Shown: positions 46,117 through 55,445 of the stretch, in pieces
Numbering within the stretch: the first letter of the stretch is position 1
How the letters are laid out: every line of letters starts with the position of its first letter
Source: Candidatus Moranbacteria bacterium UBA2282
GTDB lineage: Bacteria; Patescibacteriota; Minisyncoccia; Moranbacterales; UBA2206
Assembly: GCA_002345745.1 (NCBI GenBank)
Contig: DDWQ01000011.1
Coordinates: 21,995 to 85,994, forward strand
Direction: 5' to 3'
Length of the DNA: 64,000 nt
Notes under the pieces: generated by a model
Databases searched by the model: none
What the model was told of the DNA's origin: nothing
Seen by the model: only the letters and a program-made list of their open reading frames with translations
Position numbers and translations under genes: made by a program

Positions 46117-47241
46117 ATGAGAATATCATATTCAGCACTAGATAGTTATCAAAACTGCTCACTGAAATACAAATTTCAAAATATTGATCACATCAAAACT
46201 CCCAAATCCAAAGAGGCGGTTTTTGGAACCATTATTCATGACGCAATGAAGTTTATCCACACACCAAGCATTCTTCCCCCCACTGTAGATGATGCTTTGG
46301 AGCATTTTTCCAATGCCTGGAATCCGACGGTTTTCGATAGTGAAGATCAGGAGCGTGCCGCTTTTTCACAAGGAGTTAAGATTATCCAAGACTATTATCA
46401 AAAAAATAACCCCGCTAATTTTAATATTGTCGATCTGGAGTCACGTTTTCAAATCGAGATAGGCACCAAGGGAAATCCACATATCGTTTCCGGTATCATT
46501 GACCGCATTGATAAGACTGCAGATGGTTACGAAATTATTGATTATAAAACAACCAAGAAAATGCCCTCACAAGATAAAGTGGATAATGATTTGCAACTCT
46601 CGGTTTATTTGCAAGCTTTTCTCGCGCGCTATCCCAAAGAAATTGCTAATATTGATAAATTAACTGTCAGTCTCTATTTCCTCAAGCATGGCGTGAAATT
46701 GTCCGCTACACGCACGCTGGAACAACTCAAAAAAAGCGAACAATTATTTTTAGATGTCATTGCACAAATTGAGTCTGGAAAATTTGAACCCAACATTACG
46801 CCACTGTGCGATTGGTGCGGTTATCAAAATATTTGCCCAATGTGGAAACATAAATTCAAGGAACTGCGGAAGATTGATACTGCGGAGGTTGATTCTGTCA
46901 TCAATGAATACATTGAATTGAAATCAGCTATTACTCTTACCAAAGATCGTATGGCAAAAATCCAAGAAACTATTACACAATATATGGATCAAGAAGGTGT
47001 GGAGCGTGTTTTCGGTGAGCAAGGTCTGATCGCCCGCTCTCTACGCAAAACCTATAAATATGACGCGCAAAAAATTCGTGAAATTCTGGAACCGCTCGAC
47101 AAATGGGAGTCAGTCCTGAAAGTTGATGGCGTGGCTCTCAAACAAATCACTAGTGTCTTGCCTTTTGAAACTCGCACCGAAATTGAAAAAGCTAAAGTTA
47201 TCGACAAAGAAACCAAGACCTTGGCGGTGAAAAAGAAATAG
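46117..47241 (+). CDS. PD-(D/E)XK nuclease with Cas4/AddB-type Fe-S cysteines (RecB-family nuclease domain protein)
   Basis: GIIDRIDKTADGYEIIDYKTTKK (nuclease motifs II-III), an N-terminal Cys (YQNCSLKYKF) and a C-terminal CDWCGYQNICPMWKH triad. Confidence 0.7.
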   Translation: MRISYSALDSYQNCSLKYKFQNIDHIKTPKSKEAVFGTIIHDAMKFIHTPSILPPTVDDALEHFSNAWNPTVFDSEDQERAAFSQGVKIIQDYYQKNNPANFNIVDLESRFQIEIGTKGNPHIVSGIIDRIDKTADGYEIIDYKTTKKMPSQDKVDNDLQLSVYLQAFLARYPKEIANIDKLTVSLYFLKHGVKLSATRTLEQLKKSEQLFLDVIAQIESGKFEPNITPLCDWCGYQNICPMWKHKFKELRKIDTAEVDSVINEYIELKSAITLTKDRMAKIQETITQYMDQEGVERVFGEQGLIARSLRKTYKYDAQKIREILEPLDKWESVLKVDGVALKQITSVLPFETRTEIEKAKVIDKETKTLAVKKK

Positions 47242-47270
47242 CTTTTTAACTGCTAAATACGAAAAAGCTA
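47239..47270. terminator. bidirectional hairpin overlapping the stops of convergent genes
   Basis: AGCTTTTT...AAAAAGCT 8-bp stem. Confidence 0.5.
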
Positions 47271-47729
47271 TTTATAAATTTCGAATTTGTGTTCAATTAA
47301 TTTGCCATTTTTATAGATAAATTTTCCAGAGAAAAATCCTTCTTGATCTAATTGCTGTATAAATATTTTATCACCTTCCCACAAATTTAGATCAAATAAT
47401 TTGTCATTATCAGTCCACTCAAGATCTCCTTCATTAGATTCTATCAGTTCGCCATCAAACTCATTCATTAAAAAAACAAACACATGCCAAGTTTCATTTG
47501 CACTGAAAGCTGGAAAAGTGAGGATTCCTTTCAGCTTGGGATTTTTAACATTCAATCCGCATTCTTCCTTGACCTCCCGAACAGCGCACTCTTCCGGAGT
47601 CTCGCCTTCTTCAAATTTTCCTCCAAGGCCATTCCATTTGCCTTCATGTATATCCTTCTTCTTTTTTACACGATGAAGCATGAGGGTTTTGCCATTTTTT
47701 CTGATATAACATAATGTTGCTAATTTCAT
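47268..47729 (-). CDS. NUDIX hydrolase (MutT-like)
   Basis: Nudix box GKFEEGETPEECAVREVKEECGL. Confidence 0.8.
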   Translation of the reverse strand: MKLATLCYIRKNGKTLMLHRVKKKKDIHEGKWNGLGGKFEEGETPEECAVREVKEECGLNVKNPKLKGILTFPAFSANETWHVFVFLMNEFDGELIESNEGDLEWTDNDKLFDLNLWEGDKIFIQQLDQEGFFSGKFIYKNGKLIEHKFEIYK

Positions 47730-47748
47730 TTTGAAGTAGGCTTAAAAT

Positions 47749-48441
47749 TTATTTTATAATCGTCCCATTGGCTTTTCCCCCTTCCAAATATTTTTTGAGA
47801 TTGGCAATGTTGTTGCCGTTTAGGATGGCAACTTCAAGTCCAATTTCCTGTGCTTCTTTGGAAGCGATAGGATCAAACGGTGCACTCATACCGGGATCCC
47901 ACTTGTCCCCCACCATTTTGCGAAATTCAACCCAAGAAATATTTTCAATTTTTTTGGCATCTGGAAATTTACGCGGATCTTTATCACAAACATAATCAAT
48001 ATTAGATAAATTAATTAGGGTTTTGATATTTAGATATTTTGCTAATAATACTGCATCAAAATCAGTTGAGAAGCCGGGACGCCAACCAGCCGCCACCAGA
48101 ATATCTTCTTTGAAGTTATAAAAATCTTCCAAATCATGTGGATTTTTATTAATTCTTGGATGAGCATGACTACGAAAAATCGTGCGAATGAAATGTGCAT
48201 TCATTCGAGTGGCGTGAATACCAATCCAATCCTTATCATCATCAGTAATATCATCCACTTTAGCAGCGGCATCAATATATTTTCTCGCCGTCTTGCCACC
48301 ACCTGTAATTAAAATAAATTTATAGCCATTTTTAATTTGCTCTTCAATCAACGCTTTGAATTTTTTCACAAATTTCCAGTCAATTTCTTCTGGCACAATC
48401 AGTGATCCACCCAATGAGATAATAATAGTTTTTTTGTCCAT
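47749..48441 (-). CDS. pyrH: UMP kinase, archaeal-type (amino-acid kinase family)
   Basis: IIISLGGSLI...ILITGGGKTARKY...DPRKFPDAK. Pattern of the short archaeal-like PyrH. Confidence 0.65.
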   Translation of the reverse strand: MDKKTIIISLGGSLIVPEEIDWKFVKKFKALIEEQIKNGYKFILITGGGKTARKYIDAAAKVDDITDDDKDWIGIHATRMNAHFIRTIFRSHAHPRINKNPHDLEDFYNFKEDILVAAGWRPGFSTDFDAVLLAKYLNIKTLINLSNIDYVCDKDPRKFPDAKKIENISWVEFRKMVGDKWDPGMSAPFDPIASKEAQEIGLEVAILNGNNIANLKKYLEGGKANGTIIK

Positions 48442-48479
48442 AACTTTTTTAGATTATAAAAAATATTTAAATTAAATTT

Positions 48480-48899
48480 TTAGTATTTACATCCACTGCT
48501 GATTATCCGACCTTGCGCCAAAGCTTCCTGCGCAGTTTTGAAACAAACCAAATTTTCCGGCTTGATTCTTTTGGCATAGGAGCAAGTTGGCGGATAATAT
48601 TTATTAGAGTTTTTACTGCCTACAAAAGCACAGTTTGCTTGTCCGGCAGTTGCCGGCAAATCAGCCACCACAGGCGCTTTTTGAGTGACAGCGCTCTCTG
48701 ATTCCATTATACTACTAACCCGCCCTTCTGGGCTAATTTCTGAGCCTACAGCTGGTTTCTCAATAATAATTGGGCTGGAATTAATGGTTCCAGCCTGCAT
48801 ATACCCAAATTCAAAGGAAATCGCAGCCACAAGCAAAAAACCTATGCTCAGGATAATCTTGTATTCATATTCAATCCAAAACTCTTTTATCATCTTCAT
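48480..48899 (-). CDS. hypothetical membrane-anchored protein
   Basis: N-terminal TM helix. The C-terminus has 4 Cys. No assignable family. Confidence 0.4.
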   Translation of the reverse strand: MKMIKEFWIEYEYKIILSIGFLLVAAISFEFGYMQAGTINSSPIIIEKPAVGSEISPEGRVSSIMESESAVTQKAPVVADLPATAGQANCAFVGSKNSNKYYPPTCSYAKRIKPENLVCFKTAQEALAQGRIISSGCKY

Positions 48900-48955
48900 T
48901 TGTTTGTTTTTATTAACTACAAACCACGAACTACCAACTACAAACTAATTCGTTG

Positions 48956-48983
48956 TTGACATTATACCATATTTTGCTATAAT
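48956..48983 (+). promoter_or_regulatory. consensus sigma-70-type promoter for rpmA (TTGACA-16 nt-TATAAT, extended TGc)
   Basis: Exact -35 and -10 hexamers. Lies ~180 nt upstream of the rpmA ATG, so it predicts a long 5' leader. Confidence 0.6.
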
Positions 48984-49162
48984 AAATCTCGTACTCTGTA
49001 TGAATGGCTATCCCAGTATCGATTCCGACAAAACCTTAGAGTGATGGCTTTATGGTTTCGCGGATTCGCCTCCGGCTTTAGTCTGTAGTTTTATTAAATA
49101 TTAATTATGAATCGATACGGGACGCTCATTTTTATGGCTTCTCGCTATCGCTCAAGATAAAA

Positions 49163-49516
49163 ATGGCGCATCGTAAAGCTGGTGGTTCCACCCAACTGGG
49201 TCGTGATTCAGTATCAAAAAGACTTGGTGTTAAAATTTTTGGAGACCAACGAGTCCAAGCTGGAAACATTATCATCCGACAAAGAGGATCAAAATGGAGA
49301 CCGGGAGAAAATGTTAGACAAGGTGAAGATGATACTCTCTATTCTGTAATTGATGGCGTCGTAAAATTTGCTACCAAAAAGATTAGAACTTTTACTGGTA
49401 AATTAGAAGCTAAAAGATTTGTTTCTGTTGTCGCAGCTGAAATCATACCGAGAAAAGTTCGCGCTCCTCGAGCAAAAACAAAGGCTGGAAAAATTAATAA
49501 TGCTAAGATAAAATAA
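49163..49516 (+). CDS. rpmA: 50S ribosomal protein L27 with Lys-rich C-terminal extension
   Basis: [16 protein letters not shown]...[12 protein letters not shown]...[14 protein letters not shown]. 117 aa versus ~85 typical. Confidence 0.88.
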   Translation: MAHRKAGGSTQLGRDSVSKRLGVKIFGDQRVQAGNIIIRQRGSKWRPGENVRQGEDDTLYSVIDGVVKFATKKIRTFTGKLEAKRFVSVVAAEIIPRKVRAPRAKTKAGKINNAKIK

Positions 49517-49534
49517 TAATCTATCTTGAATAAC

Positions 49535-49565
49535 AAAAGCCTCTCGTAATTGAGAGGCTTTTTTG
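49535..49565. terminator. bidirectional rho-independent terminator (rpmA / pyrG)
   Basis: AAAAGCCTCTC-GTAATT-GAGAGGCTTTTTT. Confidence 0.8.
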
Positions 49566-49584
49566 TTATAAGTTTTTGCAAATA

Positions 49585-51228
49585 CTATTTTTTATTTTTC
49601 AATTTCTGTCCAGCTGCAATAAGTTCATTAAAAAGTGGTTGACCTTTCATCGGACTGCTTTTCAATTCTGGATGAAATTGCGTTGCAACGAAGAACGGAT
49701 GAACTGAAACTGGCAATTCAACAATCTCCATTAGGTTTCCTTTGGGAGATTTTCCAGAAAATATAATGCCAGCTTTTTCTAGACGTTCAATGTATGCGGG
49801 ATTAACTTCCCATCTGTGTCGATGTCGCTCAGAAATTTTAGTTGCACCATATGCCCTATTAGCGAGACTACCCTTTTTCAAATTAGCTGGGTATGCTCCA
49901 AGTCGCATCGTTGCTCCATAATTGTGATCCTCTAAGTTCTTTTTTTGCTCAGGCATAATGTCAATAACCGGATTTTTTGTTTTACGATTTACTTCAGTTG
50001 TGTTTGCATCTTTAAATCCCAAAACATTGCGGGTATATTCAATAACTGCTAATTGCATACCGTAGCAAATACCTAGAAATGGAATTTTATTTTTACGTAA
50101 AAATTCAATCGCTAAAATTTTACCTTCAATTCCACGTGAACCAAAGCCTCCAGGAATAACTACACCATCATATTGTTTCAATTCTTCTAATTTCTCAGGA
50201 TTTTTTTCATATGATTCGCTGCTAATCCAATCAATTTGCGGTTTTACATTGTTTTTATATCCTGCATGTTTCACTGCTTCAATAACACTAATATAGGCAT
50301 CTGACAAAACAAAGTCGCCTGTACCAAAATATTTTCCAACAATTCCAATCCTAGCAGTTCCTTTGGGATGTTTAATTCTTTCCACTAGGTCATACCATTG
50401 TTGTAGGTCAGTTTTTTTATATTTTAGTCCAAGTTTTTTCAAAATCAATCGACTCAAATCATCACGTTCAAAGTTAATTGGCACTTCATAGATATTATCG
50501 CTATCTGGTGCAGAGATAACATCACGTTCGGGAATGTTGCAAAACATAGCAATTTTCTCTTTTCTCTTTTTGTCAAGAAATGTTTCCGAGCGTGCGATGA
50601 TAAAATCAGGCTGAATACCAGCACCATTCAGAGTGCGTACAGCATATTGCGTTGGCTTGGTTTTCATTTCTCCAACCTTTGATGGAATTGGCAAATAGCT
50701 TACCATAATAGAAACAACATCATCTGGATATTTTATTTTCATCATTCGTGCCGCTTCCAGAAAAAGAATATTTTGATATTCACCAACTGTACCACCGATT
50801 TCAATAATCGCAATATCTGCTTCAGCTTTCTTAGTTGCTTTCTCAATTCGATCAATAACTTCCAGTGGAATATGTGGGACAACTTCAACACATTTACCTT
50901 TATATTCTAAATTTCTCTCCTTATGAATAACAGTTTCATAGACGCGACCCGTAGTCATATAGTTGTCGCGAGACAATTCAACATCCAAAAATCTTTCGTA
51001 GTTCCCCATATCCTGATCGGTCTCATCACCATCATTTAAAACAAAAACCTCGCCATGTTCAGTGGGGTTCATTGTGCCAGCATCAACATTGATGTAGGGA
51101 TCAATTTTTAAAGCTGTTACAACAAATCCACGTGCCTTGAGAATTGCTCCCACAGAGGAAGTAGTAATTCCCTTGCCGACTCCACTCATCACTCCCCCAA
51201 CTACGAAAATGTACTTCCTGTTTTTCAT
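49585..51228 (-). CDS. pyrG: CTP synthase
   Basis: KYIFVVGGVMSGVGKG N-terminus and a C-terminal glutamine amidotransferase domain (GICYGMQ). Confidence 0.95.
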   Translation of the reverse strand: MKNRKYIFVVGGVMSGVGKGITTSSVGAILKARGFVVTALKIDPYINVDAGTMNPTEHGEVFVLNDGDETDQDMGNYERFLDVELSRDNYMTTGRVYETVIHKERNLEYKGKCVEVVPHIPLEVIDRIEKATKKAEADIAIIEIGGTVGEYQNILFLEAARMMKIKYPDDVVSIMVSYLPIPSKVGEMKTKPTQYAVRTLNGAGIQPDFIIARSETFLDKKRKEKIAMFCNIPERDVISAPDSDNIYEVPINFERDDLSRLILKKLGLKYKKTDLQQWYDLVERIKHPKGTARIGIVGKYFGTGDFVLSDAYISVIEAVKHAGYKNNVKPQIDWISSESYEKNPEKLEELKQYDGVVIPGGFGSRGIEGKILAIEFLRKNKIPFLGICYGMQLAVIEYTRNVLGFKDANTTEVNRKTKNPVIDIMPEQKKNLEDHNYGATMRLGAYPANLKKGSLANRAYGATKISERHRHRWEVNPAYIERLEKAGIIFSGKSPKGNLMEIVELPVSVHPFFVATQFHPELKSSPMKGQPLFNELIAAGQKLKNKK

Positions 51229-51306
51229 ATTTTTTAAAATATAATTTAATTAACACAAACGAAAAAGTCGCCTCCCCCGCGACTTTATATAATTTTCAAA
51301 AGCACG

Positions 51307-51750
51307 CTAATTTGCGCTTTCCACTGAAACTGAAATAATCGCCTCTATATTATGCTCTAATTCTATCTTCACTTCATAATCGCCAACTTCTTTGATTGGA
51401 TTTTTCAAAATAATTGCTTTTGTTGGAATGATGATATTTTCTTTTTTTAATTCTTTGACAATATCTTTTGCGTGAATTGATCCAAATAATTTTCCATTTT
51501 TTTCTTTAACTAGGATCATAATAGCTGACCCTTCTAGTCGTGCAGCTAGTTCTTGGGTTTTTTCCAAATCTAATTGTTCTTTCTCAACTTGTTTCTTTTT
51601 TATAACATCAACCTTTTTCAATCCAGAGTTAGTTGCAATCTCAGCTAATTTTTTTACAAACAAAAAATTCCGCGCATACCCTTCGGACACTTCCTTTATG
51701 TCACCGTTCTTACCAAGGTTTTTTACATCTTGTAATAAAATTATTTTCAT
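51307..51750 (-). CDS. rplI: 50S ribosomal protein L9
   Basis: MKIILLQDVKNLGKNGDIKEVSEGYARNFL matches the canonical L9 N-domain. Confidence 0.88.
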   Translation of the reverse strand: MKIILLQDVKNLGKNGDIKEVSEGYARNFLFVKKLAEIATNSGLKKVDVIKKKQVEKEQLDLEKTQELAARLEGSAIMILVKEKNGKLFGSIHAKDIVKELKKENIIIPTKAIILKNPIKEVGDYEVKIELEHNIEAIISVSVESAN

Positions 51751-51787
51751 ATGTATAGTATATCAAAAAGAGTAAATTGAGGCAAAT

Positions 51788-51823
51788 AAAAAAATGCCGA
51801 GATCCTCGAGGGGGTCCCGGCAT
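51788..51823 (-). terminator. GC-rich hairpin plus T-tract (on minus strand) 43 nt upstream of the rplI start: terminator/attenuator or 3' end of a small RNA
   Basis: The minus strand reads ATGCCGGGACCCCCTCGAGGATCTCGGCAT followed by TTTTTTT. Confidence 0.5.
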
Positions 51824-52017
51824 AGCACGGAAAAACTAGGGTATTAATAATGTCTATCAAAGAAAATGGTTCTTCATTTGAAGATTTGTGCTGAACGACT
51901 GTACTCAGCGTCAAGGCACTGCAAATCTTCTTTGAAAACATTATAGTAATCTATGAATCGCCCAGCGATGCGTAAATTACACGTTAACCCTAGCATATTG
52001 CAATACTAGGAAATATA

Positions 52018-53304
52018 TTAGGATTTGTCAATAGTTGAGACGATAACCTCCATTGCCTTATCTAATTGTGGGTCTTTTCCTGCCTCAAAGTCAGCTCGAG
52101 TGAACTCAACTTCAATATCTGGAGAAATGCCCTTTTCCATAATATAATCACCATTTGGAGTCAGCCATTTGGCAACTGTAATTTTAACACTGGCTTTATT
52201 GGGCAAGCTAACTAACTCCTGCACTGAACCTTTGCCAAATGATTTTTTACCAATTAATTGAACAGTATGATTATCTCGCAATGCACCAGCTAGGATTTCT
52301 GAAGCACTAGCACTACCTTCATTAATTAAAACAACTGTTGGAATAGCACTAAGCTTATCTCCTCCTGTCGTGTATAGGTTATTTTTTTTGCCAGCACCAT
52401 CTTCTTCAGCTACAACAACTTTTCCTCTAGGAATCATACGACTGGCGATTTCAACTGATGACGTTAGGAAACCACCAGGATTATTACGCAAATCTAGCAC
52501 AATTCCCTTAGAGCTTTGCAAAATAATCTGATTCATTGCTAAATCAAATTCTTTGGAGGTTTTTTCACCAAACTGATTTATCTTAAGATACGCAATATTA
52601 TTATCTTTGAATTCTAATTTAACACTCTTGATTTCAATCGTATCGCGAATAATAGTAATATCTTTTGTTTCTTGATCTCCTACACGAAGAATTGTTAATA
52701 TAACTTCAGTGCCTTTTTTCCCGCGAATTAAATCTACCGCAGAATCAATTGTTGTCTCAGTAGTTGATTTATCCCCAATTTTAACAATCTTATCACCGGG
52801 AAGTAACCCAGCCTTTTGAGCAGGTGAACCATCTAACGGTGCAATTACAGTTAATATGTCATCCTTGATTCCAAGCTCAGCACCAATGCCTTCAAAACTT
52901 CCTCCTATATCCTCTGCAAATTCCTGAGTTTCTTTTGGGTCAAAAAAGGTTGTGTAAGGGTCATTTGTGGCCTTGAGCATACCTCTAATCGCCCCATAGA
53001 CTAATTCTTGCGCATCCAACGACCCTTGATCAACATATTTTTCTTTGAGTGTATCCCAAACCTTCCAAAAAAGTGCAAAATCAACTGTGTCTTTGCCAGC
53101 TGAAAATTTATTTAACATTATAGTTGTCCCAACTGGATTGATTTGACCTAGTGTGTCTTCACTCACTGATCTTCTTCCGTTATTATACCCAAGCCAAAAA
53201 CTCCCTACTAGAAGAACTAGAATGAAAAAAAAAGAAAAATATTTTATAAAAAAATTTTGATTATTTTTTTCTATACTAGAATTTTGTATTTGATCTTCAT
53301 TCAT
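52018..53304 (-). CDS. ctpA: carboxyl-terminal processing protease (S41, PDZ-containing)
   Basis: N-terminal TM, a PDZ segment (GLLPGDKIVKIGDK) and the S41 catalytic region (GSASASEILAG...FGKGSVQ). Confidence 0.85.
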   Translation of the reverse strand: MNEDQIQNSSIEKNNQNFFIKYFSFFFILVLLVGSFWLGYNNGRRSVSEDTLGQINPVGTTIMLNKFSAGKDTVDFALFWKVWDTLKEKYVDQGSLDAQELVYGAIRGMLKATNDPYTTFFDPKETQEFAEDIGGSFEGIGAELGIKDDILTVIAPLDGSPAQKAGLLPGDKIVKIGDKSTTETTIDSAVDLIRGKKGTEVILTILRVGDQETKDITIIRDTIEIKSVKLEFKDNNIAYLKINQFGEKTSKEFDLAMNQIILQSSKGIVLDLRNNPGGFLTSSVEIASRMIPRGKVVVAEEDGAGKKNNLYTTGGDKLSAIPTVVLINEGSASASEILAGALRDNHTVQLIGKKSFGKGSVQELVSLPNKASVKITVAKWLTPNGDYIMEKGISPDIEVEFTRADFEAGKDPQLDKAMEVIVSTIDKS

Positions 53305-53332
53305 AATCTTTCAATATTTTTTTATAATAAAC

Positions 53333-54142
53333 TTATTTATGCTTAGGCATTTCTTTGCCTGAATATTTTATGAAATATTTAATTGCACTGGCAATGTGTA
53401 TCCAAGTCAGTCGATTTGAGAGTAATGACTGGATAACGTTTTTGCCGACCGATCCACGTCCATGATAGTGATACATTTGAGCTTGTGGTAGATATATAAC
53501 TTTAAATCCTTGCTCCCAAAATCTGCGACACCAGTCGGTATCTTCAAAATATAATTTGAATTGATGATCCATTAAGCCTACTTTTTCTATTGCAATTTTG
53601 CTTGTCATCAAGGAAGATCCCATTATCCAGTCTACTTCACGAATACTTTGATGATCAAAATCTTTCATTAAAAAATTTTCCAAATGTTTTTTAGCAAAGC
53701 TAAATTTACCCAATAGAGTCCTCCTGTATACAATCGTCAAGGGAGTATAAAATCTAAATGTTGAGGGTTGAAAGGTTTCATTAAAATTCAAAAGCTGAGG
53801 ACTGACAATTCCAACATCAGGATTATTTTTTATATATTCCAAGAGTTTTTCAATTGCATCTTTTTTAACAATAATGTCACCATTCAAAATCAAAATATAT
53901 CTACCTTTGGAAATCTCCAATCCACGATTAACGGTGCCGCTAAACCCGATATTATCTATTGAAGCCAGAAATTTAATTTCTGGATAATCATCATTCATCA
54001 TTAGTTCCGTTTTTTCTTCTGTGGCACTATCTGACACAATAATCTCGTAATCAGAAAAACTAATATTTTTTTTAACTGAATCAATACAAACCTTGAGTAA
54101 TTCCGGATTTTTATAGCTAGTGATTATTATAGAAAGATCCAT
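53333..54142 (-). CDS. glycosyltransferase family 2
   Basis: LSIIITSYKNPELL...VSDSATE and DxD-like LNGDII. Confidence 0.8.
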   Translation of the reverse strand: MDLSIIITSYKNPELLKVCIDSVKKNISFSDYEIIVSDSATEEKTELMMNDDYPEIKFLASIDNIGFSGTVNRGLEISKGRYILILNGDIIVKKDAIEKLLEYIKNNPDVGIVSPQLLNFNETFQPSTFRFYTPLTIVYRRTLLGKFSFAKKHLENFLMKDFDHQSIREVDWIMGSSLMTSKIAIEKVGLMDHQFKLYFEDTDWCRRFWEQGFKVIYLPQAQMYHYHGRGSVGKNVIQSLLSNRLTWIHIASAIKYFIKYSGKEMPKHK

Positions 54143-54163
54143 TTATTGTAACAGTGTTAACAA

Positions 54164-55360
54164 TTACATTTTTGGTTTAATGTCTGATTGCGGTGGTAAA
54201 GTAAAAATATTTTTGACTACGTCATGGATTTTGTCATAGTTATCACCGATTGGAAGCAAGATGTAACCAGCTCCATCTGCTGGTGGATTATATAACATTC
54301 CCTCCTCTGAGTTTTCCATAACTCTTTGATAAAGTTGCGGATTAACCATCTTAGAATATAGTTCATAGAATCGTTTCATTTCCCATGCTTGCATATCGGT
54401 TCTGACATTATCACCAAGATTATCTAGAATTGCGTTTAATTTAGAAAAGTCAGTTAAAGTTCCAGCAGTTAATAATTTATCCTTGATTGCTTGAATAATT
54501 AGTTGTTGTCTTTTAGCTCTTTCAAAATCACTGGTTGTAACACGAGATCTTGAAAGACACAAAGCTTGGTCGCCATTTAGCGTGATATCACCAGCTGGCA
54601 AAGAAAAATTACCACCACATTCCAATGTTCCTGCTGGAGCGTTGCACAAAGGATGAGTTTCAATAACTCTAGTTTTGTAGATATTCGCTGATTTGCTGAA
54701 GTATTTTATTGTTTTATTTTCAAATTCTCCAGTCGGAATAGTGAAAAATGAATCGCAAACATGCGCTTCATTAAATTGCATAGCTTCTGAAAATGGAGCA
54801 TCTAAATGAAAATTAACGCCTCCAATACTATCCACTAAAGCTTTGAAACCCTCGAAATTTATACTAGTAGCATATGCGACGTTGAGACCTGTAACATCAC
54901 TCAAGATTGTTTTCATATCTTCCAATCCTTGACCACGACCTCTTTGTTCGCCATAAGCATGCACGGCATTAATTTTTTGTTTATCTTGCGTTCCTGGAAC
55001 AGTTACATATAAATCTCTCGGTACAGAAACCATAGAAATTTTATTTTCAGCCGGTCTTATGCTGACAATTATAATAGTATCAGCTAGCGTGCCTCCTCCT
55101 GTGACTCCCTCGCCACGCATTCCCAGAAGAGCGATGTTAACTTGCCCTTCCTCCTCACCCTGCAATTCATCTTTCACTCCGGGCAAAGAATGCATCAGAC
55201 TCGAAAGCAATCCACCATCACCATTGGAAATTTTGTTTAATAAATTGCCAGTTTTCCAAGCGAAAAGACCGCCACCAACAATTAATAACGCCAGCACAAC
55301 AAGTGCTATTTTAACCCATTTTCTTTTCATAAATCCTGGTTGAGAAGTTTTATTTAACAT
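54164..55360 (-). CDS. LytR-CpsA-Psr (LCP) family glycopolymer transferase
   Basis: N-terminal TM and the LCP core NIALLGMRGEG...DTIIIVSI...SVPRDLYV. Confidence 0.8.
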   Translation of the reverse strand: MLNKTSQPGFMKRKWVKIALVVLALLIVGGGLFAWKTGNLLNKISNGDGGLLSSLMHSLPGVKDELQGEEEGQVNIALLGMRGEGVTGGGTLADTIIIVSIRPAENKISMVSVPRDLYVTVPGTQDKQKINAVHAYGEQRGRGQGLEDMKTILSDVTGLNVAYATSINFEGFKALVDSIGGVNFHLDAPFSEAMQFNEAHVCDSFFTIPTGEFENKTIKYFSKSANIYKTRVIETHPLCNAPAGTLECGGNFSLPAGDITLNGDQALCLSRSRVTTSDFERAKRQQLIIQAIKDKLLTAGTLTDFSKLNAILDNLGDNVRTDMQAWEMKRFYELYSKMVNPQLYQRVMENSEEGMLYNPPADGAGYILLPIGDNYDKIHDVVKNIFTLPPQSDIKPKM

Positions 55361-55445
55361 AGTTTTTTATATTTTTAAATAAATAAATTACCTTGATAGG
55401 CATTACTATCTATTTTACTTTTAATTCATAAATTGTCAATCGATT

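Noticed and set aside
51747-51941. 64-aa ORF on the minus strand upstream of rplI
   Set aside because: No start context. It overlaps the predicted terminator hairpin and is more plausibly non-coding leader or sRNA.
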